NCBI GenBank assembly: GCA_963778545.1
Contig: CAVZUW010000002.1
Location: 90,454 to 154,453, forward strand
Origin: an uncultured Actinomycetes bacterium
GTDB taxonomy: Bacteria; Actinomycetota; UBA4738; HRBIN12
Direction: 5' to 3'
Length of the DNA: 64,000 nucleotides
Below are positions 51,881 to 61,885 of the stretch, in pieces. The translations under genes and the position numbers were made by a program. The notes beneath the pieces were generated by a model. The model was given only the letters and a program-made list of their open reading frames with translations, searched no databases and was not told the DNA's origin. The first letter of the stretch is position 1. Each line of letters opens with the position of its first letter.

Positions 51881-52966
51881 ATGCGACCCCTCCGTCTGCC
51901 GCTCGCGATCGTCCTCGGTCTGTTCGTGCTGCTCGTCGCCGCGCCCGCGTGGGCGTGCGGTGGGCTCATCAACACGAATGGCAGCGTCACGCTCGTTCGC
52001 ACCACGACGCTCGCCGCCTACCACCGCGGGATCGAGCACTACGTCACGTCGTTCGAGTTCGCGGGGGGCGAGGGGGAGTTCGGGTCGATCATCCCGCTCC
52101 CGGGCGTGCCGACGAGGGTGATCCGCGGCGGTGACTGGACGCTCCAACGGTTGGTGCAGGAGACCCAACCGCAGCCGGAGGCGTTCGCGCTCGCCGCGAC
52201 GGGGGCCGGCGCGGCCGAGGACCGGGCCACGGTCATCCTGAAGACGGAGATCGACGCGCTCGACATCGTCGTGCTCGAAGGCGGCGGGACGGCGGTCGGG
52301 GACTGGGCGCGCGAACACGGGTTCTTCCTTCCCCCCGACGCGCCCGAGGTGCTCGACTTCTACGCCGAACGGAGCCCGATCTTCATGACGGTGCGGTTCG
52401 ACGCGAGCCGCGCCGCCGAACAGGGTCTGGGCGCCGGCGACGGCACGCCCGTCCACGTCGTGATCCCGACCACGAACCCGTGGGTCCCGCTTCGGATCCT
52501 CGGGCTCGGCGCGGGCGCCGAGGCGCCGGTCGAGGCCGACGTGTACCTGCTCACCGACCTCGAGCCCGCGACGCTGCCGGCGCCGCTGAGCCCGGGCCTC
52601 GCGACGCGCTTGCCCCAAGGCGTGCGCCCGGGCCTCGTGCTCGAACGCAGCGAGCCCGCGTCGCGGTTGTTGCTGACCGACCTCCGCAACGACAAGGGGA
52701 TGGACTGGTTGCCCTCGACGGGCATGTGGCTCAGCTACCTCCGCGTCGACGCGAACGCCGGCGACCTCGACTACGACCTCGCGATCGATGCGAGCGGTGC
52801 CGGCCAGCCCTCGCCCGTGGCCGCGGGGCTAAGCCTCGAGGCGGCGCCGGATCCCGCCGGCACACCCTCGTTCGGGCCGGCGATCTGGACGGCGATCGCC
52901 GTGCTCGTGCTGCTGGGCGTGGCGGGAGGTCGCGAGCGTCGTCGGACCGGACGCCCGGCGGTCTGA
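51881..52966 (+). CDS. DUF2330-like exported protein with C-terminal TM anchor
   Basis: Signal AWACGG, FGSIIPLPGVP, WAREHGF, PWVPLRI. Confidence 0.75.
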   Translation: MRPLRLPLAIVLGLFVLLVAAPAWACGGLINTNGSVTLVRTTTLAAYHRGIEHYVTSFEFAGGEGEFGSIIPLPGVPTRVIRGGDWTLQRLVQETQPQPEAFALAATGAGAAEDRATVILKTEIDALDIVVLEGGGTAVGDWAREHGFFLPPDAPEVLDFYAERSPIFMTVRFDASRAAEQGLGAGDGTPVHVVIPTTNPWVPLRILGLGAGAEAPVEADVYLLTDLEPATLPAPLSPGLATRLPQGVRPGLVLERSEPASRLLLTDLRNDKGMDWLPSTGMWLSYLRVDANAGDLDYDLAIDASGAGQPSPVAAGLSLEAAPDPAGTPSFGPAIWTAIAVLVLLGVAGGRERRRTGRPAV

Positions 52967-52974
52967 GGTCCGCG

Positions 52975-53367
52975 ATGCGGCGAGGTCTGTTGGCGGCCGC
53001 GCTCGTGGCGCTCGCCGCGTGCGCGCCCGCGTCCGCGTCGCCGTCCGTGCGGACCGTGGCGATCGGCGTCCACTACTCGGCGTTCTCGCTCGACACGATC
53101 GACGTCGAGCCGGGCGAGACCGTGCGGTTCGTCGTCACGAACACGGATCCGATCGATCACGAGTTCATCATCGGGGACCGGACCGTGCAGGTCGCGCACG
53201 AGCTCGGGACCGAGGCGTTCCACCCTCCGCGGCCGGGGGAGATCACGATCCCGGCCGGCGAGACGGTCAGCACGACGTTCACGTTCGGCGAGCGCGAGCT
53301 GTTGTTCGGGTGCCATCTGCCGGGCCACTACGTGTACGGCATGCGGGGCACGATCGAGATCGCCTGA
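52975..53367 (+). CDS. Cupredoxin (blue copper) lipoprotein
   Basis: Lipobox LAAC, GETVRFVVTN..HEF, CHLPGHY..GM type-1 Cu ligands. Confidence 0.9.
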   Translation: MRRGLLAAALVALAACAPASASPSVRTVAIGVHYSAFSLDTIDVEPGETVRFVVTNTDPIDHEFIIGDRTVQVAHELGTEAFHPPRPGEITIPAGETVSTTFTFGERELLFGCHLPGHYVYGMRGTIEIA

Positions 53368-53413
53368 ACGGCCTGGGCTTGGCGGGTCCGTGAGCGGTCG
53401 GGTAGCATCGTCG

Positions 53414-53487
53414 TGCGGGGTGGAGCAGTCCGGTAGCTCGCTGGGCTCATAACCCAGAGGTCACGGGTTCAAATCCCGTCCCCGCGA
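53414..53487 (+). tRNA. Initiator tRNA-fMet (CAT), CCA not encoded
   Basis: Cloverleaf TGCGGGG...CCCCGCG-A; anticodon arm CTGGG-CTCATAA-CCCAG with three G-C pairs; A11-U24; GGTTCAAATC T-loop. Confidence 0.96.
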
Positions 53488-53492
53488 CGAAC

Positions 53493-53516
53493 GGAGGGCG
53501 CCGAGAGGCGCCCTTC
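53493..53516. terminator. Hairpin terminator between tRNA and the convergent gene
   Basis: GGAGGGCGCC-GAGA-GGCGCCCTTC. Confidence 0.7.
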
Positions 53517-53523
53517 GGCGTTC

Positions 53524-53706
53524 CTAGGCCTCGGTGGGCGGGGCCGGTGCGTCGTCGGCGTGGACGACGAGCCACGGGATGATCGAGTACGGGATCACCG
53601 TGACGAAGAGCGGCCAGCTCGAGTCCAGCGCGTTGGCCAACCCGATCAGCCCGAACCCGATCAGGAACAGGACGACGATCGCCGCGAACCGCCGCTGCTC
53701 GCTCAC
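53524..53706 (-). CDS. Small two-TM protein, 60 aa
   Basis: Two hydrophobic helices; TAGGAT -10 six nt before GTG. Confidence 0.65.
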   Translation of the reverse strand: MSEQRRFAAIVVLFLIGFGLIGLANALDSSWPLFVTVIPYSIIPWLVVHADDAPAPPTEA

Positions 53707-53827
53707 GCAGGCATCCTAGCGGTTCGCGCCCCTCGATCGGATCGCGATAGGATCGCGTGCCCCGCCGGGCGAACCGCCCGGCCGAGCACCAGGAACGAGC
53801 CCGCCGAGGACCGAGGAGGAGCACCAG

Positions 53828-54247
53828 GTGGCAGCCCCGAGCGTCGCGAACAACCTCGCCAACGTGCCGATCTTCTCCGGCTGCTCCAAGCGGGAGCTCG
53901 GGATCATCGCCCGGGCCTCCAAGGAGGTCTCGCACAAGGAAGGCACCGTGATCGCCCGGGAGGGCGAGCGCGGCATCGGCCTGTTCCTGATCCTCGACGG
54001 GCAGTGCAAGGTCACGATCGGCGGCAAGACCAAGGCGCGCCTGGGTGCCGGCGACTTCTTCGGCGAGGTCGCGCTGCTCGACGGCGGTCCCCGGACCGCG
54101 ACCGTGACGGCGCTCTCGCAGGTCCGCCTCGTCGGCATCACCGGCTGGGTCTTCCGGGGCCTGCTGATGGAGCACCCGACGATCGCGCTGAAGACACTCG
54201 AGGCCGTGGCCGGGCGACTGCGTTCGGTCACCAAGGAGGCCGTCTAG
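53828..54247 (+). CDS. Stand-alone cyclic nucleotide-binding domain protein
   Basis: GDFFGEVALLDGGPRTATV; GGAGGAG SD. Confidence 0.9.
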   Translation: MAAPSVANNLANVPIFSGCSKRELGIIARASKEVSHKEGTVIAREGERGIGLFLILDGQCKVTIGGKTKARLGAGDFFGEVALLDGGPRTATVTALSQVRLVGITGWVFRGLLMEHPTIALKTLEAVAGRLRSVTKEAV

Positions 54248-54269
54248 TCCCGCCGCGCGGGCGGAGGCC

Positions 54270-55175
54270 ATGACCGAGGTCCCCGACGAGGTCCGCGCGC
54301 TCGCGGCCGAGCGTGACGAACGCCGCCGGGCCAAGGACTTCGCCGCCGCGGACTCGCTCCGCGACCGCATCGCGCAGCTCGGCTTCGCGGTGATCGACGG
54401 GCCCGCCGGACCGTCGTTCGAGCCGCTCGCCACCGCCGAACCCCGTCGCATCCGCGCGCACGACGTCGAGAGCGTGCTCGACGAACCGCCGACCGCGGAC
54501 GCGAGCGTGCACTGGGTGGTCGAGGGCTGGCCCGAGGACGTGGCGCGAGCGCTCGCCGGCTTCCGCAGGAACGAGGGAGGCCGCGACGTCCAGTACGTCG
54601 TCGCCGACGTCACCGAGGCGGACCCCGCGACCTACGGCGAGGGCGTCGAGGTCCTCGCGATCGAGACGGGGGCGGGCTGGGGCGCCGCGCGGAACGCGGG
54701 ACTCAAGCGTTCGCGCGGCCGGGTCGTCCTGGTGATGGATGGGTCGGTCGAACCCACGGGGGACGTGTTCGGGCCGCTCGAGGCCGCCCTCGGCGATCCG
54801 AGCGTCGGTGTCACCGGTCCGTTCGGCATCTCGACGGAGGACCTGCGCGAGTTCCACGACAGCGACGGGCCGGAGGTGGACGCGATCGAGGGGTACCTGA
54901 TGGCGTTCCGCCGGGACGTGATCCGCGACGTCGGGCTCTTCGACGAGAAGTTCCGTTGGTACCGGACGGCGGACATCGAGTGCTCGTTCCGGATCAAGGA
55001 CGCCGGGATGCGCGCCCTCCGGGTCGACGTGCCGGTGACCAAGCACGAGCACCGGATGTACCACGCCACGCCCGAGGCCGAACGCGACCGCCTGTCCAAG
55101 CGCAACTTCTACCGGTTCCTCGAACGCTTCCGAGACCGTTACGACCTGCTCGTGGAGCCCCCGACCGACATCTAG
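54270..55175 (+). CDS. Family 2 glycosyltransferase with N-terminal CysRS anticodon-binding-like domain
   Basis: ERDERRRAKDFAAADSLRDRIAQLGFAVIDG then GWGAARNAGLKRSRGRVVLVMD, GYLMAFRR, GLFDEKF. Confidence 0.8.
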   Translation: MTEVPDEVRALAAERDERRRAKDFAAADSLRDRIAQLGFAVIDGPAGPSFEPLATAEPRRIRAHDVESVLDEPPTADASVHWVVEGWPEDVARALAGFRRNEGGRDVQYVVADVTEADPATYGEGVEVLAIETGAGWGAARNAGLKRSRGRVVLVMDGSVEPTGDVFGPLEAALGDPSVGVTGPFGISTEDLREFHDSDGPEVDAIEGYLMAFRRDVIRDVGLFDEKFRWYRTADIECSFRIKDAGMRALRVDVPVTKHEHRMYHATPEAERDRLSKRNFYRFLERFRDRYDLLVEPPTDI

Positions 55176-57172
55176 GACTGGCCGGGCTGCAGCACGATGT
55201 CCGGACCGCTGGAGCCCGACGCGCTGCCGTCGTCGCCGTTGCGCCGCGCGTGGGCCTCGAGCTCCTCGGGCGTGGGGATCGGCTTGCTCCCGTCGAAGTA
55301 CGCCTGCAGGTCCGGACCGTCGATCACCTCGTCGACGATCAGGATCTTCGAGAGCTGATCGAGGAGCCCTCGGTAGCGCGTGAGCACCTCGGTGGCGCGA
55401 TCGTGCGCCTCGTTCACGAGCCGGGCGGTCTCCTCGTCGATCAGCGCGGCCAGATCGTCCGAGAGCTCGGGCGAGCTCCCCGGGTACAGGAACGCCGCGG
55501 CCCCGCGGAACCCGTCGTGTCCGAACGACACCGGTCCGATCTTCGGGCTCATGCCGTACTCGGCCACCATCGCGCGCGAGATCTCGGTGGCGCGCTCCAG
55601 GTCGTTCTGGGCGCCGGTCGAGACCACCATGTCGAACAGGATCTCCTCCGCCGTGCGACCGCCGAGCAGCACCGCGAGGCGGTCCTTGAGCTCGGGCTCG
55701 GTGAGCAGGTACCGGTCCTCGAGCGGTCGTTGCATCGTCATCCCGAGCGCTGCCGCGCCGCGCGGGATGATCGAGACGCGGTGCACCGGGTCGGCCGTCG
55801 GCGCGGTGAGCGCGACGATCGCGTGGCCCATCTCGTGGATCGCCACCCGCTCCTTGTCCTTCACGGACATCACGCGGCTCTTGCGTTCCAGGCCCGCGAC
55901 GGTGCGGTCGATCGCCTCCTCGAGCTCGGACATCGCGACCGAGTCCCGTTCCCGGCGGGCGGCGAGCAACGCGGCCTCGTTCACGACGTTGGCGAGGTCG
56001 GCGCCCGTGAACCCCGGCGTCCGCGATGCGAGCACGCGGAGGTCCACCTGGGGGTCCAGCGCGACGCCGCGGACGTGGACCTTGAGGATCTCCTCACGAC
56101 CCCGGAGGTCGGGTTGGTCGACCACGACCTGGCGGTCGAACCGGCCCGGACGCACCAGCGCGGGGTCCAGTACGTCGGGGCGGTTGGTGGCCGCCATGAT
56201 GATCACGCCCTTCTGCGAGTCGAACCCGTCCATCTCGACCAGCAGCTGGTTCAGCGTCTGCTCGCGCTCGTCGTGCGCGCCGAACCCGGCGCCGAGCGCA
56301 CCCCCGCGTCCCTTGCCGATCGTGTCGATCTCGTCGAGGAAGACGAGCGCGGGCGCCTTCTCCTTGGCCTGTTGGAACAGCTCGCGGACGCGCGCGGCCC
56401 CCAGGCCGACGAACATCTCGACGAACTCGGAGCCGGACATGAAGAAGAACGGCACGTTCGCCTCACCGGCCACCGCCCTGGCGAGCAGGGTCTTCCCGCA
56501 CCCCGGCGGTCCGAGCAGCAGCACGCCCTTGGGGATCCGGCCGCCCAGCCGCTGGTACTTCTTCGGGTTGCGCAGGAACTCGACGATCTCCTTGAGCTCC
56601 TCCTTCGCCTCGTCCACGCCGGCGACGTCGGCGAACGTCGTCTTCAGCTCCTTGCGGTCGTAGATCTTGACCTTGTTCTTGCCCAGGTTCAGCGCCGCGC
56701 CCGCCTGCGCGCCGCTCATGCGCCGGACGAGGAAGAACCACAGGAACCCGAACAGCAGGAGCGGAACCACCCACCCGACCAGGAAGGTCTGCAGGCCGTT
56801 CGGCGTCACGCCGGTGTAGTTGATCCCGGCGGCGTCGAGCTGATCGGTCAGCGTCGACGTCCCCTGCAGGATCGGGGGGATCGTCGTGTTGAAGTCGACC
56901 TCGCCGGTCGAGTCCTCGTACCGGCCCGACACCGTGGTCTGGCTGATCTCGAGCGTCCCGACGATCTGGCCGTCCTTGACCCGCTCGAGGAAGTTCGAGT
57001 AGTCGATCGTGTTGGGGCGCGGCGAGGTGAGGAACTGGAACGTGATCAGGATCAGGACGAAGACGACGGCCCAGACCCAGGGCGACGAGCGCATCCGGCG
57101 GGGTCCGCCGGGCGCTCCGCCCCCCAGGTCGAAGCCCTGCCAGCGTCCGCGTTTGCCGTCGTTGTTCGCCAC
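55172..57172 (-). CDS. ftsH: ATP-dependent zinc metalloprotease FtsH
   Basis: Two TMs, [38 protein letters not shown]. Confidence 0.96.
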   Translation of the reverse strand: MANNDGKRGRWQGFDLGGGAPGGPRRMRSSPWVWAVVFVLILITFQFLTSPRPNTIDYSNFLERVKDGQIVGTLEISQTTVSGRYEDSTGEVDFNTTIPPILQGTSTLTDQLDAAGINYTGVTPNGLQTFLVGWVVPLLLFGFLWFFLVRRMSGAQAGAALNLGKNKVKIYDRKELKTTFADVAGVDEAKEELKEIVEFLRNPKKYQRLGGRIPKGVLLLGPPGCGKTLLARAVAGEANVPFFFMSGSEFVEMFVGLGAARVRELFQQAKEKAPALVFLDEIDTIGKGRGGALGAGFGAHDEREQTLNQLLVEMDGFDSQKGVIIMAATNRPDVLDPALVRPGRFDRQVVVDQPDLRGREEILKVHVRGVALDPQVDLRVLASRTPGFTGADLANVVNEAALLAARRERDSVAMSELEEAIDRTVAGLERKSRVMSVKDKERVAIHEMGHAIVALTAPTADPVHRVSIIPRGAAALGMTMQRPLEDRYLLTEPELKDRLAVLLGGRTAEEILFDMVVSTGAQNDLERATEISRAMVAEYGMSPKIGPVSFGHDGFRGAAAFLYPGSSPELSDDLAALIDEETARLVNEAHDRATEVLTRYRGLLDQLSKILIVDEVIDGPDLQAYFDGSKPIPTPEELEAHARRNGDDGSASGSSGPDIVLQPGQS

Positions 57173-57327
57173 TGGCCTCCCATCTTCCCATCGAAGTTCG
57201 CCGAACGACATTCGGGTTGGAGGTCGCGGTCGATGCGGGATACTGAGGGTTCGCTCGGTGGTCGAGCGGGTGACCATACGCGGCCGAGACGCGGGCCAAG
57301 AGGCGGCCGAGAGCGGAAGGAGGGTCG

Positions 57328-57918
57328 GTGGTGGCGCGGAGCCAAGTGGCGCCCCCGGACGATCCCGCCCTGCGCGAGCGGTTCGAGCGCGAGGTCCTGC
57401 CGCTGCTGCCCAACCTGTACGGGGCCGCCCTGCGGATGACCCGCAATCCCCAGGACGCCGAGGACCTCGTGCAGGAGACCTACCTCCGCGCCTACCGCGG
57501 GTTCTCCGGCTTCCGCGAGGGCACGAACCTGCGTGCCTGGGTCTACCGGATCCTGACCAACACGTTCATCAACTCCTACCGCAAGAAGCAGCGCGAGCCG
57601 GTCACCGTGCCCGACGACGAGACGTCGGACTGGTACCTGTACGACAAGCTCGGCGCCTCGAACGTGGAGGCCTCGGCGGAGTCCGAGGTGCTCGAGAAGA
57701 TCCCCGACGAGGACGTCCAGCGAGCGCTCGAGGACCTGCCCGAGGGATTCAGGATGGCCGTGCTGCTCGCGGACATCGAGGGGTTCAGCTACAAGGAGAT
57801 CGCCGAGATCATGGACGTCCCGATCGGGACCGTGATGTCCCGTTTGCACCGGGGAAGGAAAGCCCTGCAGAAGGCGTTGTGGGAAACGGTACGGGAGCGA
57901 GGCCTTGTCACCGACTGA
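57328..57918 (+). CDS. sigH: ECF sigma factor SigH/SigR
   Basis: [54 protein letters not shown]. Confidence 0.92.
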   Translation: MVARSQVAPPDDPALRERFEREVLPLLPNLYGAALRMTRNPQDAEDLVQETYLRAYRGFSGFREGTNLRAWVYRILTNTFINSYRKKQREPVTVPDDETSDWYLYDKLGASNVEASAESEVLEKIPDEDVQRALEDLPEGFRMAVLLADIEGFSYKEIAEIMDVPIGTVMSRLHRGRKALQKALWETVRERGLVTD

Positions 57919-58153
57919 CTGCGAACATGTGCTGAAGCAGATCGAGCTCTACCTCGACGGTGAGCTCGTCGCTTCCATGCGCCTCGAGATCGAGCAGCAC
58001 CTGGGCGGGTGCGACCCCTGCAGCGGGCACGCCGCGTTCCAGGGACGGCTGAAGGAGCTCCTGCGGTCCAAGTGCGGGTGCGACCAGGTGCCGCCCGAGC
58101 TCGTCGACCGCCTCCGGACGCTGCTCGACCCGCCCCAGGTCCACCCCTCCTAG
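57905..58153 (+). CDS. rsrA: Redox-sensing zinc anti-sigma factor RshA/RsrA
   Basis: [16 protein letters not shown] (HxxxCxxC), KCGCD; overlaps the sigH end. Confidence 0.88.
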   Translation: MSPTDCEHVLKQIELYLDGELVASMRLEIEQHLGGCDPCSGHAAFQGRLKELLRSKCGCDQVPPELVDRLRTLLDPPQVHPS

Positions 58154-58228
58154 CCCCGACCGCCCGGGTCGGCCGAGCCGCGGGAACCTGGGACCGAACC
58201 CCCCTCGCGCGGGCGTCGAATCGGGAAC

Positions 58229-58417
58229 ATGACCAAGGGATCGCGACCCGGCAACCTGCCCGCCCCGTCCAGGGCGCTCGAGCCGGGACGGGTCTGCGCG
58301 CACGAGGGGTGCCGCACGACGCTCTCGGTCTACAACGAGGGCGACTACTGCTGGCAACACGCCGACGTCGTCTTCCCCAACTACCGCGGCAAACGTCTGC
58401 GGAACGACCGCGCCTAG
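58229..58417 (+). CDS. Small Cys/His zinc-finger-like protein, 62 aa
   Basis: CAHEGC..LSVYN..CWQH, basic tail RGKRLR; ECF-like promoter immediately upstream. Confidence 0.7.
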   Translation: MTKGSRPGNLPAPSRALEPGRVCAHEGCRTTLSVYNEGDYCWQHADVVFPNYRGKRLRNDRA

Positions 58418-58583
58418 GGCGCGGTCGCACGAGGTATCCCGCGCACCCTCCCTCGCGTGGGATCGGAGAACGGTCCGGTTCCCGGACCGTTCTCCTGCAT
58501 CCGGGCCGCGACGCTAGGATGCATCGCCGGGATCGGTGAGGCCCGCGATCGGCCGGCCGAGTGCCGTGAGGCGAGGAGGGGTG

Positions 58584-59295
58584 ATGGACGAGCTCGGGAA
58601 CATCCTCGGCGTGTGGGCACACCCCGACGACGAGGCGTACCTCTCGGCGGGGATCATGGCCCGCGCGGTCCGCAACGGCTCGCGCGTCGTCTGCGTGACG
58701 GCGACCCGGGGCGAGGGCGGTTCGATGGACGAGGAGAAGTGGCCGCCCGAGTCGATGGGCGAGGTCCGGACCGAGGAGCTCGAACGGAGCCTGCAGATCC
58801 TGGGCGTCGACGAGCACGTCTGGCTCGACATGCGCGACGTCGACATGGACACGGGGCTGCCCGACGAGGGGTACGACCGGATCCGCGAGATCGTCGCCGA
58901 CGTCCAGCCGGACACCATCCTCTCCTTCGGACCCGACGGGATGACCGGCCACGCCGCGCACAAGGACGTGTCGAGCTGGGCGACCAAGGCGCTGCACGAG
59001 GCCGGAAAGCCGGGCTCGAAGGTGCTGTACGCCACGGTCACGCCCGAGTTCGCGGCCGAGATCCTGCCGGTCTGGGAGCCGTTCGAAGGTCTTCCGGCCC
59101 GGGACCCCGCCGATCACCGCTCGGGACGAGCTCGCCGTCTACTACGAACTGCCCGAGGACGTCCTCGCGACCAAGGTGGAGGCGATCAACGCCCACGTGA
59201 GCCAGGTCGAGGCGATCCTCGAGGCGGTGGGGCCGCAGCTGTGGTGGAAGCAGATGTCGATCGAGGCGTTCCGACCCGGGGAGGAGCGGACGTGA
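58584..59295 (+). CDS. PIG-L family deacetylase, +1 frame break near 59088
   Basis: WAHPDDE, ATRGEGG, FGPDGMTGHAAH, then AHVSQ in the shifted frame. Confidence 0.87.
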
Positions 59296-60033
59296 GCGAG
59301 ATCTCGCTCGGGTTCCTCGGCTCCGGCGAGTTCGACCCCTGGTCCGAGCCGGTCGAGCGTTGGTTGCTCGCGCGCTCCCGCATGCCCCGGGGGCGCGTGC
59401 TCGTCTGCGCGACCGCGTCCGCGCACGAGGGTGATGAGACCTACGACGGCTGGGCCAACAAGGGTCTGGAGCACTACGGCTCGCTCGGGATCGCGGCCGA
59501 GGTCCTCCCGCTCAAGACGCGGGAGGACGCGTACCGCGACGAGGTGGTCGCCAAGCTCGGCGACGCCTCGGCGATCTTCTTCTCCGGCGGGAACCCGGCC
59601 CGGCTCGCGCAGGTGGTGGTCGGGACGCCGTTCTGGAGCTCATTGCAGACCGCGATCCGCGCCGGCCTGCCCTACGCGGGGTGCAGTGCCGGTGTCGCGT
59701 GCCTCACCGAGAAGACGTTCGACTCGGATAGCCAGGACGTCGACTCGATCTGGGCGCCGGGCATCGGGTACGTGCGGGACACGCTGTTCGGCCCGCACTG
59801 GGACATCGTCGACACCTGGATCCCCGGCGCGACGGACTTCATCGCGGGCTCGGTCGAGCCCGGTGACACGTTCATCGGGCTGGACGAGGACACCGCGATG
59901 GTGGGGGACGGACGCAGCTGGGAGGTCATCGGCCGGTCCAAGATCCACGTGATGCGGGACGGCGAGTGGACGCGGTACGCGGAGGGCGACGTGATCGAGC
60001 TCGCCGCTGCCGCTCGCCGACGACCCGGCGTGA
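59292..60033 (+). CDS. Peptidase S51 (cyanophycinase/dipeptidase E-like); apparent fusion to nth from a +1 break near 60003
   Basis: LGSGEF, FFSGGNP, AGCSAG, PHWD, GLDEDTA. Confidence 0.85.
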
Positions 60034-60701
60034 GCGCTCGCAAGCCGGCGAAGGCGCTCGGGCGCGACGCGCCGATCGAGGAGCGGGCGCCCGAGATCAT
60101 CCGGATCCTGTCCGAGGCGAACCCCGACGCCAAGGTCGCCCTGAACTTCTCGAACCCGCTCGAGATGCTCGTCGCCACGATCCTGTCGGCCCAGTGCACG
60201 GACGAGAAGGTCAACGAGGTGACGGCGACGCTGTTCGCGAAGTACCGGACCGCCGAGGACTACCTGAAGGTCCCCGAGGACGAGCTCAAGGCCGACATCA
60301 AGCCCACGGGATTCTTCAACCAGAAGGCGATCTCGATCCGCGAGGCGTGCCGGCGGATCGTCGAGGAGTACGGCGGTCAGGTGCCCGACACGATGGAGGA
60401 CCTGATCACGCTCCGGGGGGTGGCGCGCAAGACGGGGAACATCGTGTTGGGCAACGCGTTCGGCAAGGTCGAGGGGATCGCGGTGGACACCCACGTGAAG
60501 CGGCTCGCCAACCGGCTCGGGTTCAGCCAGGAGTCCGATCCCGACAAGATCGAGCAGGACCTGATGCGCCTGATCCCGCGGGAGCGGTGGTTCGACTTCA
60601 CCTACGTCCTGATCGACCACGGCCGAGCGGTCTGCATAGCTCGCAAGCCGAAGTGCGAGATCTGCCCCGTGAACCACCTCTGCCCGTCGAGCCTCGTCTG
60701 A
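60030..60701 (+). CDS. nth: Endonuclease III
   Basis: LSAQCTD, LRGVARKTGN HhH, VDTHV, CIARKPKCEICPVNHLC Fe-S motif. Confidence 0.95.
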   Translation: MSARKPAKALGRDAPIEERAPEIIRILSEANPDAKVALNFSNPLEMLVATILSAQCTDEKVNEVTATLFAKYRTAEDYLKVPEDELKADIKPTGFFNQKAISIREACRRIVEEYGGQVPDTMEDLITLRGVARKTGNIVLGNAFGKVEGIAVDTHVKRLANRLGFSQESDPDKIEQDLMRLIPRERWFDFTYVLIDHGRAVCIARKPKCEICPVNHLCPSSLV

Positions 60702-61487
60702 ATGGGACAGCCGCATCGCTTCGCCGACGACGCGTTCCCGATCGTCGTGGCGCATCGAGGCGCCTCGTCGACCCGGCCCGAGAACACGATCCCGTCGTTC
60801 GAGGAGGCGATCCGGTTGGGCGCGGGCATCGTCGAGTTCGACGTCCGGCTCTCGCGCGACGGCGTGCCGGTCGTGATCCACGACGCCGCGGTCGACCGGA
60901 CGACGGACGGCACGGGCATGGTCCACGAGCTCACCGCGGAGGAGCTCTCCTCGCTCAACGCCGGCACCTCAGCCGAGCCCGCGCCGCTGCCGACGCTCGC
61001 CGAGGTCTTGCGGTGCGTGAGCGGACGCGCCGCGATCGCGGTGGAGATCAAGAACATCCCCGGCGAGCCGGCGTTCGAGCCGACCCGCGAGCCGATCGTG
61101 GAGGCCGTGCACGCCGAGCTCGAGCGCCAGGGGTTCGAGGGCGGGGTCCTCGTCGTCTCGTTCAACCCGTCCTCGGTCGCCGCCTCGAAGGCCATCGCCC
61201 CCGACGTGCCGACCGGGTTCCTCACGACGGACCTGGTGGAACCGCGGGAGGCGCTCGCCTACGCAGTGTCCGCCGGACACGACATGATCCTGCCCGGCAC
61301 GCGCGCCTCGATCCCCGCGGGGACGTCGTTCGTCGGCGAGGTGCACGCCGCGGGTCTGCGCGTGGGGACGTGGACGGTGGACGACCCCGAGACCTTCGGC
61401 ATGCTGCTCGACCGTGGCTTCGATGCGGTCGCGTCCAACGACCCCGAGATGGCGCTCGGCGTGCTCGCCGAGCACCGAGGTTCGTGA
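60702..61487 (+). CDS. Glycerophosphodiester phosphodiesterase
   Basis: AHRGAS..PENT, EFDV, HD, VEIK, WTVDD. Confidence 0.92.
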   Translation: MGQPHRFADDAFPIVVAHRGASSTRPENTIPSFEEAIRLGAGIVEFDVRLSRDGVPVVIHDAAVDRTTDGTGMVHELTAEELSSLNAGTSAEPAPLPTLAEVLRCVSGRAAIAVEIKNIPGEPAFEPTREPIVEAVHAELERQGFEGGVLVVSFNPSSVAASKAIAPDVPTGFLTTDLVEPREALAYAVSAGHDMILPGTRASIPAGTSFVGEVHAAGLRVGTWTVDDPETFGMLLDRGFDAVASNDPEMALGVLAEHRGS

Positions 61488-61885
61488 GCCCGCGGCGCCG
61501 GCGGTTGCCCGAGCACCTCGAGGCGCCGGCGAAGGCGTTCGACGACCTGCTGCCCGCGCTCGAGCGCGCCCGGGCCGTCCTTACCGAATCCGTGCCCGGG
61601 ACGCGTCTGCCGGGTCGCCCGCTCGCCGAGACGCTGTCGGAGTTCGAGGACGGGCTCCGTGAGGTGCGCGGAGGGATGGACGCCTGGCGTTCGCCCGACC
61701 TGGAGCCGGAATGGCATGCATGCTCGCGCGGTCTGGACGAGTCGCTCGGGCTCGCCGACCGGGTCCGGACCGAGGGCGTGCACCCCGCGGGCTTCGAAGG
61801 GTTGATCGGCCTGATCGGCGACCTGATCGCGCCGCTCGACCCGTTCGAGCGGGCGGCGGCGCGCCTCCGCGAGCTGCGCGGATGA
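61484..61885 (+). CDS. Hypothetical helical protein, 133 aa
   Basis: GTGA and ATGA overlaps with both neighbours. Confidence 0.7.
   Translation: MSPRRRRLPEHLEAPAKAFDDLLPALERARAVLTESVPGTRLPGRPLAETLSEFEDGLREVRGGMDAWRSPDLEPEWHACSRGLDESLGLADRVRTEGVHPAGFEGLIGLIGDLIAPLDPFERAAARLRELRG

Noticed and set aside
29731-53774. GGATC-N15-CGAAC upstream of ku and of the cNMP gene
   Set aside because: Only two instances, spacing differs from the three-site motif, and ku has a separate TAGAAT -10; too weak to call.
53414-54247. Genomic island integrated at the tRNA
   Set aside because: No integrase, no duplicated tRNA 3' end, no visible composition shift.
22421-59295. Mycothiol-like pathway from tandem GNAT, two PIG-L deacetylases, a glycosyltransferase and a CysRS fragment
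   Set aside because: Genes are scattered over 37 kb; the GT is GT2 rather than MshA-type GT4, and the CysRS part is non-catalytic, unlike MshC.
58536-60701. Apparent PIG-L/S51/Nth triple fusion (721 aa)
   Set aside because: Two single-base insertions explain it; native GTGA junctions are visible at 59292 and 60030.
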